The translations under genes and the position numbers were made by a program. A stretch of 6,068 bases of DNA from a virus (lineage: Duplodnaviria; Heunggongvirae; Uroviricota; Caudoviricetes): positions 1 through 6,068 of IMG/VR virus record IMGVR_UViG_2713896905_000001. The stretch is one strand, 5' to 3'. The notes under the pieces were generated by a model that had not been told where the DNA came from, did no database searches, and saw only the letters and a list, made by a program, of their open reading frames with translations. Positions 1-6,068 of the stretch are shown here, piece by piece (position 1 is the first letter of the stretch; each line of letters begins with the position of its first letter).

Positions 1-304
1 GAGCGCCGCGCGTTGTTTCCGGTATATCGACTTTGATGTACGGGTTAATTTGTCTGGCGACAGTGGCAAGGTCTTTATTCAGGAGGGCTTTGCATTCTGC
101 TTCGGTATACGTTTTACCGGGCATAATGTCTTTTCCGGTGTGCCCGTAACATACAGTCCATACACCAACGATATCTTTATATGGTATGTAGCTGACACCT
201 TCCAGACCATCGTCACCACTCGGACCAGTGATTAACACAGATGCTATAGCAATAGCCCCGCCACCAATAGCAGCAGCAACGGCTTTTCGTAATGATGGAG
301 GCAT
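1..304 (-). CDS. R: SAR endolysin (phage 21 R-type lysozyme), 5' part only; the CDS runs off the window start
   Basis: Minus-strand ATG at 304-302 overlaps the S stop codon (TAATG). Hand translation gives [45 protein letters not shown]..., a Gly/Ala-rich signal-anchor-release N-terminus typical of SAR endolysins that pair with pinholins. The frame is open to position 1, which is why it is missing from the ORF track. Confidence 0.85.
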   Translation of the reverse strand, partial: MPPSLRKAVAAAIGGGAIAIASVLITGPSGDDGLEGVSYIPYKDIVGVWTVCYGHTGKDIMPGKTYTEAECKALLNKDLATVARQINPYIKVDIPETTRGA

Positions 305-510
305 TATTCACCTCTCGCAGCCTTACGCTTGTCTTCTCTGATTTTGAAATACAGATTTGTCAGATAGGTGAGAAAGCCCAACACAAGGCTTCCAAGCACT
401 CCAATCGCAGCCCACTGTGACGGACTGACCTGATCAAGCCACTGTAAAAACCAGTAGCCAGCGCTGCCGGCAGATGTGCCGTAAGCAACGCCCGTTGTGA
501 TTTTTTCCAT
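304..510 (-). CDS. S: Class II holin, phage 21 S-type pinholin (68 aa)
   Basis: ATG at 510-508 and TAA at 306-304. The 68-aa product [68 protein letters not shown] has two hydrophobic segments and a charged C-terminal tail, and sits immediately upstream of the SAR endolysin with a 1-nt overlap. I recognise it as S21-like from memory. Confidence 0.85.
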   Translation of the reverse strand: MEKITTGVAYGTSAGSAGYWFLQWLDQVSPSQWAAIGVLGSLVLGFLTYLTNLYFKIREDKRKAARGE

Positions 511-675
511 CTGATATATGTCTCTGCCAGCAGAAAATGAAAGTGACCGGAAACAAAAAAGCCGCCAGTGTAACCAACTGACGGCAACCGCCTGGAACCG
601 TAATTATGTCATTCAGTCTCTGCTAAAAACGCCTGATAACATTCCTGACTCCCTGCTTCAGGTTATAAATAACAC

Positions 676-800
676 AATATATTGACAACATCCGTCACTG
701 TCTGCCAAAAAATGTACTGTCAGGTATAAGTATCGAATGACATGCAACTACCATTTTTAGCCAGCACCTCTCCGACGAAAGTCAGTGCTGGCTGTTTTTT
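676..800 (+). ncRNA. Candidate small RNA unit A (promoter-like box to intrinsic terminator), antisense to the late operon
   Basis: Perfect TTGACA at 682-687 in an AT-rich context, with a TATAAA at 664-669 just upstream, and no protein-sized ORF. The unit ends in a terminator at 759-800. It is a paralogue of unit B: AATATATTGACA, CTGTCTG, an A-run and TTTTAGCCAGC are shared. Promoter assignment and the 5' end are uncertain. Confidence 0.3.
759..800 (+). terminator. Rho-independent terminator, plus-strand orientation
   Basis: Stem AGCCAGCAC (759-767) pairs with GTGCTGGCT (785-793), 9 bp, around a 17-nt loop that has an internal GAC/GTC mini-stem. It is followed by TTTTTT at 795-800. In the minus orientation the hairpin is followed by AAAAATGG, so it is plus-specific. 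Confidence 0.55.
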
Positions 801-844
801 AAACTTAATAAAGCATCTGTAACTGAAACAATCCGCATATTAAT

Positions 845-950
845 AATATATTGACAGGCATCATTGCTGTCTGTGAAAAATACGTCTCCCAAAACATACA
901 AGGCCTTTTAGCCAGCGTCTGCTTTCTGGTCAGTCGCTGGCTCTTTTTTT
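845..950 (+). ncRNA. Candidate small RNA unit B (paralogue of unit A), antisense to the late operon
   Basis: TTGACA at 851-856 preceded by AT-rich TAATAATATA. It shares AATATATTGACA, CTGTCTG, an A-run and TTTTAGCCAGC with unit A, and ends in a terminator at 910-950 whose T-run abuts the nanS-p stop codon on the opposite strand. No ORF is present. Confidence 0.3.
910..950 (+). terminator. Rho-independent terminator, plus-strand orientation
   Basis: Stem AGCCAGCG (910-917) pairs with CGCTGGCT (935-942) around a 17-nt loop, followed by TTTTTTT at 944-950. Relative to terminator A the stem differs (GCAC/GTGC versus GCG/CGC) while staying complementary. Confidence 0.55.
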
Positions 951-952
951 CA

Positions 953-2776
953 TTATGATGCCAGTGCATTTATCTCCAGCACCAGGCTTTCTATCTCAAC
1001 GCCATATGCGGCATTTTTTGTAACATCCGTCAACGTCAGCGCATTCAGTCCCAGAGTCAGAACGTCTTTTATGGCCTGGAATGATGAACCTGCCACACCA
1101 TTCAGTTTCGGGGTAACCGTTGCACTGCCGGCTGTAAACACCAGCTCCATCGTCTGCCAGTCGTTACTGTAGTTCCCGAATTCCCCCAGCTTCGTGTTTC
1201 CTGACTTCCTGTGGTGCATCAGATTCAGTTTGCCGTCAGTGGTCTGAGTGAAGTACGACATCAGGAACGGATTACCGGTCCCCGTCATCGTCACACCATC
1301 AGGAACGGGAGCGTCTGTGTACAGATAAAGCCCCAGCCCGAACTGATTGTTGGTCAGTGCACCGGTAAGACGGAACTTACAGGTCAGCTTTCCTCCCCGG
1401 CTCAGCAGTAAGGATGCATCCGTCACAGGATGCGACAATGTCCAGCTTTTACCGCTCTCTTTGACAATTCTCAGTGCACCATCCGATAACTGAACGCTGC
1501 CATCGGTAATACTCCACCCCTGAGAAGCAACATCGCCGGCTGAGGCCAGAAGCGATATCGATTTCAGGGATGAATCACCTTCTGATGGAGTGTTCTCCGG
1601 TTTTACACCAGCAATAAATGCCTGTGAGCGCCCTGCCTGCGACAGGATAGCCGATGCCATTCTGTCAGCAATAATCCCGCGTCGTGCCCAGGCACTGAAA
1701 TGGCTCGCACGGTCTGCTGACGTCCAGTTGGCCGACGTCCGGGATGCCGCCCCGTAATAACCGGCTGCCACGATATCCGGGTCTTCCGTCGGCTCATTCG
1801 TTGGCGTGTTTTCACCACTGCCATCTGTCATAAAAGGAACAAAGAAAATATTCTGAGCTTCCTTTCCTTTATAAGCGCCATACACCACCTCATATTGTGT
1901 GGCGTACTTCTGTTTCCAGATGTATGTGGTGTCACCACAAATCCACGGCACTTTTTGAGCGCTTCCGCCATGACACTGCGCCGCCATACCGGCAAGGTCG
2001 CTGCGGAACTGCTGCACCATCGACTGGAATGCTGCAGGCTGCTGGGCATAGCCAGCGTTTGTCATATCGAATTCACCCTGCATCCAGCATACCGCCAGCA
2101 GAACATTTTCAGGATTCTTCTCCAGTGCCGCTTTTGTACGCAGTATCAGATCCTGATATAACGGCTTACCCACTCCCCAGCGCGCAGAGTTCTGGCTGGC
2201 CCCCGTAGCTTCACTGAATGTACCATCCGCCCCTGCTGTAAATGCTGAACCGCCACGGGAGCAGGGAACCAGCAGAATCCCGGCATTTTTTGGGATATAC
2301 GGCAGCAGACGTTTGGCGATATGTAAGCCCTGTCCGACACACCCATACTGACCTTTGCTTAAATCTGCTTCAGGGTGACTGAACACACTCATATCCTGCA
2401 CATCATGCAGACAATGATCTGCCGGGATCACATCGTTAAATACACATGCCTCTCCGCCAGGCGTCACCGTACTGCGACGTGCCAGCTGCTTAATACGCGG
2501 CTCAGGCGCATCATATGAATCAGGAAGAGGAATACCCTCACCATAAGACATGGCATTGGACTGGCCGGCCAGCACGACCACGTAGTACCACTCCGGCTCA
2601 GTTGTGCCACTGACCACCACATCACCTTCTGCTGCAATCGCCTGCATCAGGGTATAAGGAGTTATGGCCACAGGGCTACCAAACGGCTGCCAGCCTTCTT
2701 TCAGTTTTTGCGTGAGCTTGTCCGCCAGATCTGATGGCGATGCTGCCTGCACAATATCGTAACGATTAATCGACAT
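953..2776 (-). CDS. nanS-p: Prophage-encoded sialate (9-O-acetyl-N-acetylneuraminate) O-acetylesterase, NanS-p family (SASA/SGNH hydrolase domain), 607 aa
   Basis: ATG at 2776-2774 with a GGGAG Shine-Dalgarno about 7 nt upstream (minus strand reads GGGAGAAACTCGATG), stop TAA at 955-953. The product starts MSINRYDIVQAASPSDLADKLTQKLKEGWQPFGSPVAI (DUF1737-like N-terminus) and contains VLAGQSNAMSYGEG, the Ser-containing block of SGNH/SASA esterases. Position between Q and the lysis genes matches the known NanS-p moron of lambdoid and Stx prophages. The ORF-track extension to 2887 is rejected (see rejected list). Confidence 0.85.
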   Translation of the reverse strand: MSINRYDIVQAASPSDLADKLTQKLKEGWQPFGSPVAITPYTLMQAIAAEGDVVVSGTTEPEWYYVVVLAGQSNAMSYGEGIPLPDSYDAPEPRIKQLARRSTVTPGGEACVFNDVIPADHCLHDVQDMSVFSHPEADLSKGQYGCVGQGLHIAKRLLPYIPKNAGILLVPCSRGGSAFTAGADGTFSEATGASQNSARWGVGKPLYQDLILRTKAALEKNPENVLLAVCWMQGEFDMTNAGYAQQPAAFQSMVQQFRSDLAGMAAQCHGGSAQKVPWICGDTTYIWKQKYATQYEVVYGAYKGKEAQNIFFVPFMTDGSGENTPTNEPTEDPDIVAAGYYGAASRTSANWTSADRASHFSAWARRGIIADRMASAILSQAGRSQAFIAGVKPENTPSEGDSSLKSISLLASAGDVASQGWSITDGSVQLSDGALRIVKESGKSWTLSHPVTDASLLLSRGGKLTCKFRLTGALTNNQFGLGLYLYTDAPVPDGVTMTGTGNPFLMSYFTQTTDGKLNLMHHRKSGNTKLGEFGNYSNDWQTMELVFTAGSATVTPKLNGVAGSSFQAIKDVLTLGLNALTLTDVTKNAAYGVEIESLVLEINALAS

Positions 2777-2868
2777 CGAGTTTCTCCCATGAACAGGAAT
2801 AGAGTAGAAAAGGCCGGAACAGGAACATAACAAAATCACAGAATTAACATCTGCCAGTGGCAGGTTAC

Positions 2869-2895
2869 AAAAAAAAGGCTGCGCCATGCGCAGCC
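2869..2895 (-). terminator. Rho-independent terminator for minus-strand transcription, about 95 nt upstream of nanS-p
   Basis: Perfect GC-rich inverted repeat GGCTGCG (2877-2883) and CGCAGCC (2889-2895) with loop CCATG. On the minus strand it is followed by eight U residues (plus-strand A-run 2869-2876). On the plus strand the hairpin is followed by AAAAATC, so it is minus-specific. Confidence 0.6.
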
Positions 2896-3496
2896 AAAAA
2901 TCTCTAGGAACACGACAATCGGAATTACAACTGTTATGTATGCATGGCCCGGGTCCGCCCCGGTGAATTCAGCATCAGCACCTGAATCTGCGATTACCCA
3001 ATATTCCTGCCCACAGATTACCTATCAACACAGGTGGATTCACCATGCGGCAGTATTTCTAATAAACAGTAAGCAAAAAAATCAAGCATTATTCAGAATG
3101 GTTCTTTCAACACCGACCACTGCAATGTCACAATCCCACGCACCAGCACACCATCAGCCAGTACCGACATCAGACGTCCGATGAAATCCACTGCACCACC
3201 AGAAACAACATGATGGCAGTCATCACAAAGCGTGCACTTTCCACAGGTACTGCTCCAGCGGTAACTGCAGAGCCTGCGCCAGTGGGTAACCAGCCTACGG
3301 AGGAAGTCACACTGACTATCCCATAAACTTATTCCTGAAAGGCTCTGTGGTTGATAACGCCAGACGTGGCGCAAATACAAAAAAGTCCCGCAAAAGCGAG
3401 TCTGGAAAAATAAGGGTGGTGCGTTGTACTGGATTGAACCAGTAACCGATTGCTTAGAAGACAATTACTATGCCATTGGAGCTAAACCAGCATATT

Positions 3497-3571
3497 TGGC
3501 GGGACAGCGTGGACTCGAACCACGATAAGAAGGTTAACAGCCTTCCGTAATGACCTTTATACGACTGACCC
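3497..3571 (-). tRNA. Candidate tRNA (cloverleaf-compatible, anticodon GUU, Asn-like); may be degenerate
   Basis: Minus strand reads GGGTCAG-TC-GTAT-AAAGGTCA-TTAC-G-GAAGG-CTGTTAA-CCTTC-TTAT-CGTGG-TTCGAGT-CCACG-CTGTCCC-G-CCA. It has a canonical T-arm (GG-TTCGAGT-CC), G18G19 in the D-loop, a perfect 5-bp anticodon stem with loop CU-GUU-AA, and an encoded CCA. Weak points are a T-T mismatch at acceptor pair 4-69 and a 4-nt variable loop. Not verified with tRNAscan-SE or ARAGORN. Confidence 0.45.
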
Positions 3572-3572
3572 C

Positions 3573-3617
3573 AATAAAAAAAGCCACCGTTGCAACTTAA
3601 GAGTCACTAACGGCAGC
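3573..3617 (-). terminator. Candidate tR'-like intrinsic terminator in the late leader
   Basis: Minus strand GCUGCCGUU (from 3617-3609) pairs with AACGGUGGC (from 3591-3583) as 9 bp including two G-U pairs, around a 17-nt loop, followed by UUUUUUUAUU (plus 3582-3573). It lies about 35-45 nt downstream of the putative PR' start and directly upstream of the tRNA-like gene. The long loop makes it only a moderate terminator. Confidence 0.35.
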
Positions 3618-3627
3618 TTACCTTCTA

Positions 3628-3657
3628 ATTATGGCTAAATGGATAATTGCATGTCAA
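3628..3657 (-). promoter_or_regulatory. Candidate late promoter PR' (sigma70 -35/-10), overlapping the 3' end of Q; expected site of the Q-utilisation (qut) element
   Basis: Minus strand TTGACA (plus 3657-3652), an 18-nt spacer, then CATAAT (plus 3633-3628) immediately after the Q stop codon. Placement directly downstream of Q matches lambdoid PR' architecture. Confidence 0.45.
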
Positions 3658-4153
3658 GGCCTTTAACAGCAAGATGCTTAACTTTCTCAACACGTTTACG
3701 CATTTTGAAAGCATTTTTCATTGGCTGGTATAAAACAAATAATGACGCTTTCAGGATGTCGTCAATTTCGTTTCTACAGGTTGCCAGTGAAGGTTTTCTC
3801 CATCCCTCGCCACCACGTCCACACATCTTGCGTGGCTTTGCAGTCGCGTGATAGTAGGATGCAATTGCTCGCTTAGATGAACCATGAGCGTAGTAGCTGA
3901 GGAGGATGCCAAAGGCTTTCTTGTCAATGTACATGACGGAATCGACGACCTGAGAAATCAACATTCCATCATCATCATTGCACATTGGCCTTGTCATAAC
4001 TCTTCCCGGCTCTACGCTCTCCATGAACTTAGCTATTACGCTGCTCATACGCTTTTCCAGACGACCTGAATAAACCCATGCGCCCCACAGTTCAAGCCAG
4101 CCATTCAGCCACTCGTGCTGCTCTTTGGTGAGGTTTAGCTCTCTTATACCCAT
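3635..4153 (-). CDS. Q: Late-gene antitermination protein Q (non-lambda, phage 21/82-type Q family), 172 aa
   Basis: ATG at 4153-4151 with GGGAGAAG Shine-Dalgarno upstream, stop TAG at 3637-3635. Lies between the NinI phosphatase and the PR'/tRNA region, the canonical Q position. The product contains WGAW and [11 protein letters not shown]-type motifs that I recall from 21-type Q proteins. The start overlaps the phosphatase gene by 10 nt. Confidence 0.75.
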   Translation of the reverse strand: MGIRELNLTKEQHEWLNGWLELWGAWVYSGRLEKRMSSVIAKFMESVEPGRVMTRPMCNDDDGMLISQVVDSVMYIDKKAFGILLSYYAHGSSKRAIASYYHATAKPRKMCGRGGEGWRKPSLATCRNEIDDILKASLFVLYQPMKNAFKMRKRVEKVKHLAVKGLDMQLSI

Positions 4154-4815
4154 GCGACTTCTCCCTGTACCTGAATCAATGTGAGGTTTCCGCAGAACAC
4201 TGCGCCGGTATCGATATACATCTGGTTGGCAAATTTGAGTGGTTTCACTGCTGGCGTATGACCAAAGATGAACGTGTCCGCGCCTTTGATTTCTTTCACG
4301 ATCCCGTCTTGTGAGTTGCTGATTCGTTCGCGGTTCCAGATTACCTGCTGATGATCAACTGGCTTTCCAAATTCGTATTCGTCACAAGGATAATCGGCGT
4401 GGCAGATGACATATTTTTTACCTTTGCTCACCAGTTCGATGATTAACGGAAGTTCTTCTGCTTTATGGGCAAGAGCTTTAGCCAGAATTTCTTTGTCGTA
4501 ATCGAGATTAAAGAACCAGCCACCGCCATTAAGCAGCCAGTGATTGACGTTTCCACGCTCTGATAAGCCATCAATCATCATGTGCTCATGGTTTCCACGT
4601 ACAGCTCTGAACCAGGGGAATGTGATTAATTCCAGGCATTCAACGTTCTCTGCACCACAATCAACCAAATCGCCAACCGAGATAAGCAGGTCTTTTTTGG
4701 TGTCGAATCCAATCGTATCCAGTTTGTTCATCAGGTTCGTGTAGCATCCGTGCAGGTCGCCAGCTACCCAAATATTTCGGTATTTGCTGCCATCAATTCT
4801 TTCGTAGATATTCAT
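4144..4815 (-). CDS. ninI: Serine/threonine protein phosphatase, PPP-family metallophosphatase (lambda NinI/orf221-like), 223 aa
   Basis: ATG at 4815-4813. The product carries the three PPP signature blocks GDLHGCY, GDLVDCG and GNHE, and sits immediately upstream of Q as in lambda. Its ATG overlaps the ninG stop (ATGA). Confidence 0.9.
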   Translation of the reverse strand: MNIYERIDGSKYRNIWVAGDLHGCYTNLMNKLDTIGFDTKKDLLISVGDLVDCGAENVECLELITFPWFRAVRGNHEHMMIDGLSERGNVNHWLLNGGGWFFNLDYDKEILAKALAHKAEELPLIIELVSKGKKYVICHADYPCDEYEFGKPVDHQQVIWNRERISNSQDGIVKEIKGADTFIFGHTPAVKPLKFANQMYIDTGAVFCGNLTLIQVQGEVAWV

Positions 4816-5311
4816 GCAGCCTCACTTCTGCTGTTTCGCAGGTCTTTAAGTTTCTGTTGGTACTCTGCCTTGATCGCCCTGCACTCTTCGACAGTCCAGC
4901 GATGGCGGTTATGGTCTGATTCGATTTCCTCTACTGCTTCCTGCCCGATGCGGCTAATCAGTTCGACGCGATACGGAACGAGATTTCCGCTTTTGTGCTG
5001 GTTGCACACCACGCATTGCTTGTGAATATTGCGTTCATCAAACCGGAGTTGAGGTGCCGCAGCAGTTGTCCGGTAATGTCCGGCATCCCACTGAGCAGAC
5101 GTGAGCGTTCCGCACGAGATACATGGTAAGTCNNNNNNNNNNNNNNNNNNCGTTTCTTCTCTGCTGCTTTTTCCGCTTTTTCGCGTTCTTTGCTTCGTCG
5201 TTCGAGTGCTAATTGAGTTCCGTGTTCCGGGCAGCACCACCACTGATTTGAGAATGCCGGGTGAAACCATTCCTTGCATATTTTGCATTTCCTTCGCGCT
5301 GGTTTAGCCAT
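4812..5311 (-). CDS. ninG: NinG (Rap) recombination protein, interrupted by an assembly gap of 18 N; the two halves are in different frames
   Basis: N-terminal part from ATG 5311-5309: [53 protein letters not shown], running into the N-run. C-terminal part from 5132 to stop TGA at 4814-4812: [106 protein letters not shown]. Both parts match lambda NinG as I recall it. The central part is missing in the gap. Confidence 0.8.
5133..5150. other. Assembly or scaffold gap (18 N)
   Basis: A run of n characters in the sequence. Flanking reading frames of ninG do not match across it, as expected for a gap of arbitrary length. Confidence 0.99.
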
Positions 5312-6039
5312 TAAGCAGCCTCCCCTGTTACTTTCAGCATTCCGTTATCGAGCAGCTTTCTGGTCAGCCACTGTTGACCACGCCCGGTGATTTTTGTGGT
5401 GAACGATATCTGTATTCCGTGATTTGTGTTGACCGCTGTTTCTTTCACTGTGAAATAGCCGCGATCCATATATTCCTGCATTGGCACATTTCGCCGGGAA
5501 CCTGAAGCAATAAGGATTTTGTGATCGCGCATCCACGCAAACAGTTTGTTTGGACCAATACCGACAACCTTTGCAAAGTTTCCAATCAAAATTCCGCTGG
5601 CCTCGCCAATGCGCTCAGCAAACTCAACTTTAGGTGCTGCGAGAGCAAGCTGTTTCTCCAGTTCAGCCTTCTGGTCTTCAAGGTCAGCCGCGAGGCGCAA
5701 TGCTTCAGAGAAGGTTTGTGGGATTTTCGCGGTTGCCCCTTCGAGTTCTCGCCAGCGGTCAACAAGGCGAGCGGTGAACTCTGGCGACAACTGAGCGACA
5801 ACAATGATGCTATCGCGCTTACCTTGTTCGCCTTCGAATACATACACACGAAAACTTTGATTTAAGCCTAACCCATTGATTCTTCCACAATCCTCAATTT
5901 GAGGATGCCGGATAACACCATTTTTAGCCAGCATTTCGATAGTACGTTTCACATTGTCATGACGCTTACCTGTAAGCTCAGAGATTTCAATGCTGGTCAT
6001 TTTGATGACGTTGCTATTTATCAGCTCGTTCATTGTCAT
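5311..6039 (-). CDS. Phage regulatory/antirepressor-like protein with Rha-type N-terminal domain and KilAC (ANT) C-terminal domain, 242 aa
   Basis: ATG at 6039-6037; a second ATG at 6033-6031 has better spacing to the AGAGGA Shine-Dalgarno and may be the true start. The N-terminus has the Rha-family signature [18 protein letters not shown]. The C-terminus [22 protein letters not shown]...GYF resembles the KilA-C/ANT antirepressor domain. The stop TAA overlaps the ninG ATG (TAATG). Confidence 0.75.
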   Translation of the reverse strand: MTMNELINSNVIKMTSIEISELTGKRHDNVKRTIEMLAKNGVIRHPQIEDCGRINGLGLNQSFRVYVFEGEQGKRDSIIVVAQLSPEFTARLVDRWRELEGATAKIPQTFSEALRLAADLEDQKAELEKQLALAAPKVEFAERIGEASGILIGNFAKVVGIGPNKLFAWMRDHKILIASGSRRNVPMQEYMDRGYFTVKETAVNTNHGIQISFTTKITGRGQQWLTRKLLDNGMLKVTGEAA

Positions 6040-6068
6040 GTCCTCTCATATTGAAAATTCACCAATAA

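Noticed and set aside
50-235. 61-aa plus-strand ORF
   Set aside because: It starts with TTG and lies antisense inside the well-supported SAR endolysin coding frame.
360-587. 75-aa minus-strand ORF overlapping the holin gene
   Set aside because: It is out of frame with and largely overlaps the recognisable S pinholin, and has no motif support.
511-952. Reading the two hairpins as terminators for the minus-strand nanS-p transcript
   Set aside because: In the minus orientation neither hairpin is followed by a U-run (AAAAATGG and TAAAAGG follow instead). The T-runs are on the plus strand, so they are plus-strand terminators, although an mRNA 3'-stabilising role for nanS-p cannot be excluded.
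1211-2346. Six short ORFs (66-103 aa, both strands) inside the nanS-p coding region
   Set aside because: All are embedded in or antisense to the 607-aa esterase gene. Their products are low-complexity, Arg/Cys/His-rich sequences typical of off-frame translation.
2777-2887. N-terminal extension of the nanS-p ORF (MAQPFFCNLPLADVNSVILLCSCSGLFYSIPVHGRNS) given by the ORF track
   Set aside because: The upstream ATG at 2887-2885 lies inside the loop of the terminator hairpin and has no Shine-Dalgarno. The ATG at 2776 has a GGGAG site and starts the recognisable N-terminus MSINRYDIVQ.
2936-3464. 82-aa plus-strand ORF (2936..3184) and 123-aa minus-strand ORF (3093..3464)
   Set aside because: The minus ORF starts at TTG. 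Both have unusual Cys/Trp/Arg- or His/Pro-rich composition, no Shine-Dalgarno and no recognisable domain. Treated as non-coding, though the region is flagged as a finding.
3421-3496. Possible second tRNA next to the tRNA-like gene (T-loop-like GGTTCAATCC on the minus strand)
   Set aside because: The hairpin TACTGG-TTCAAT-CCAGTA has a 6-nt loop, and no complementary 5' acceptor strand (GCGTTGT) exists upstream on the minus strand, so no cloverleaf can be built.
2896-3496. Shiga toxin genes stxA/stxB at the canonical position between the tRNA region and nanS-p
   Set aside because: There is no ORF of stxA size (about 960 bp) or stxB size (about 270 bp) and no protein-like frame at all. The prophage appears stx-negative in this window.
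4812-5311. Calling ninG a frameshifted pseudogene
   Set aside because: The frame break coincides exactly with the 18-N gap, which is an assembly artefact of arbitrary length and not evidence of a mutation.
3639-5865. Antisense or off-frame ORFs within Q, ninI, ninG and the Rha/KilAC gene (3639..3851, 3884..4069, 4544..4744, 4750..5025, 5101..5307, 5345..5536, 5521..5865, 5546..5794, 5586..5849)
   Set aside because: Each overlaps a strongly supported minus-strand gene and has no independent support such as a ribosome-binding site or motif. The 4812..5288 track ORF is the C-terminal half of ninG with an artefactual N-terminus created by the N-run.

Overview
This window is the late-regulatory and lysis region of a lambdoid (phage 21-like) prophage, with every protein gene on the minus strand. 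Reading in the direction of transcription (high to low coordinates): a Rha/KilAC-type antirepressor-like gene, ninG (interrupted by an 18-N assembly gap), a NinI-type Ser/Thr phosphatase, the late antiterminator Q, a candidate late promoter PR' with a short terminated leader, one tRNA-like gene, about 600 bp with no convincing gene, an intrinsic terminator, the moron nanS-p (sialate O-acetylesterase), a pinholin S and the start of a SAR endolysin R. No stx genes are present at the usual Q-to-lysis slot. The part I would look at first is the nanS-p/S intergenic region, which holds two tandem, related plus-strand units, each a TTGACA box followed by an intrinsic terminator, whose stems differ by compensatory changes. 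These look like small RNA genes antisense to the late operon. I see no novel multi-gene protein system here. All calls rest on reading the sequence and on recalled family features; no database search or folding program was run.
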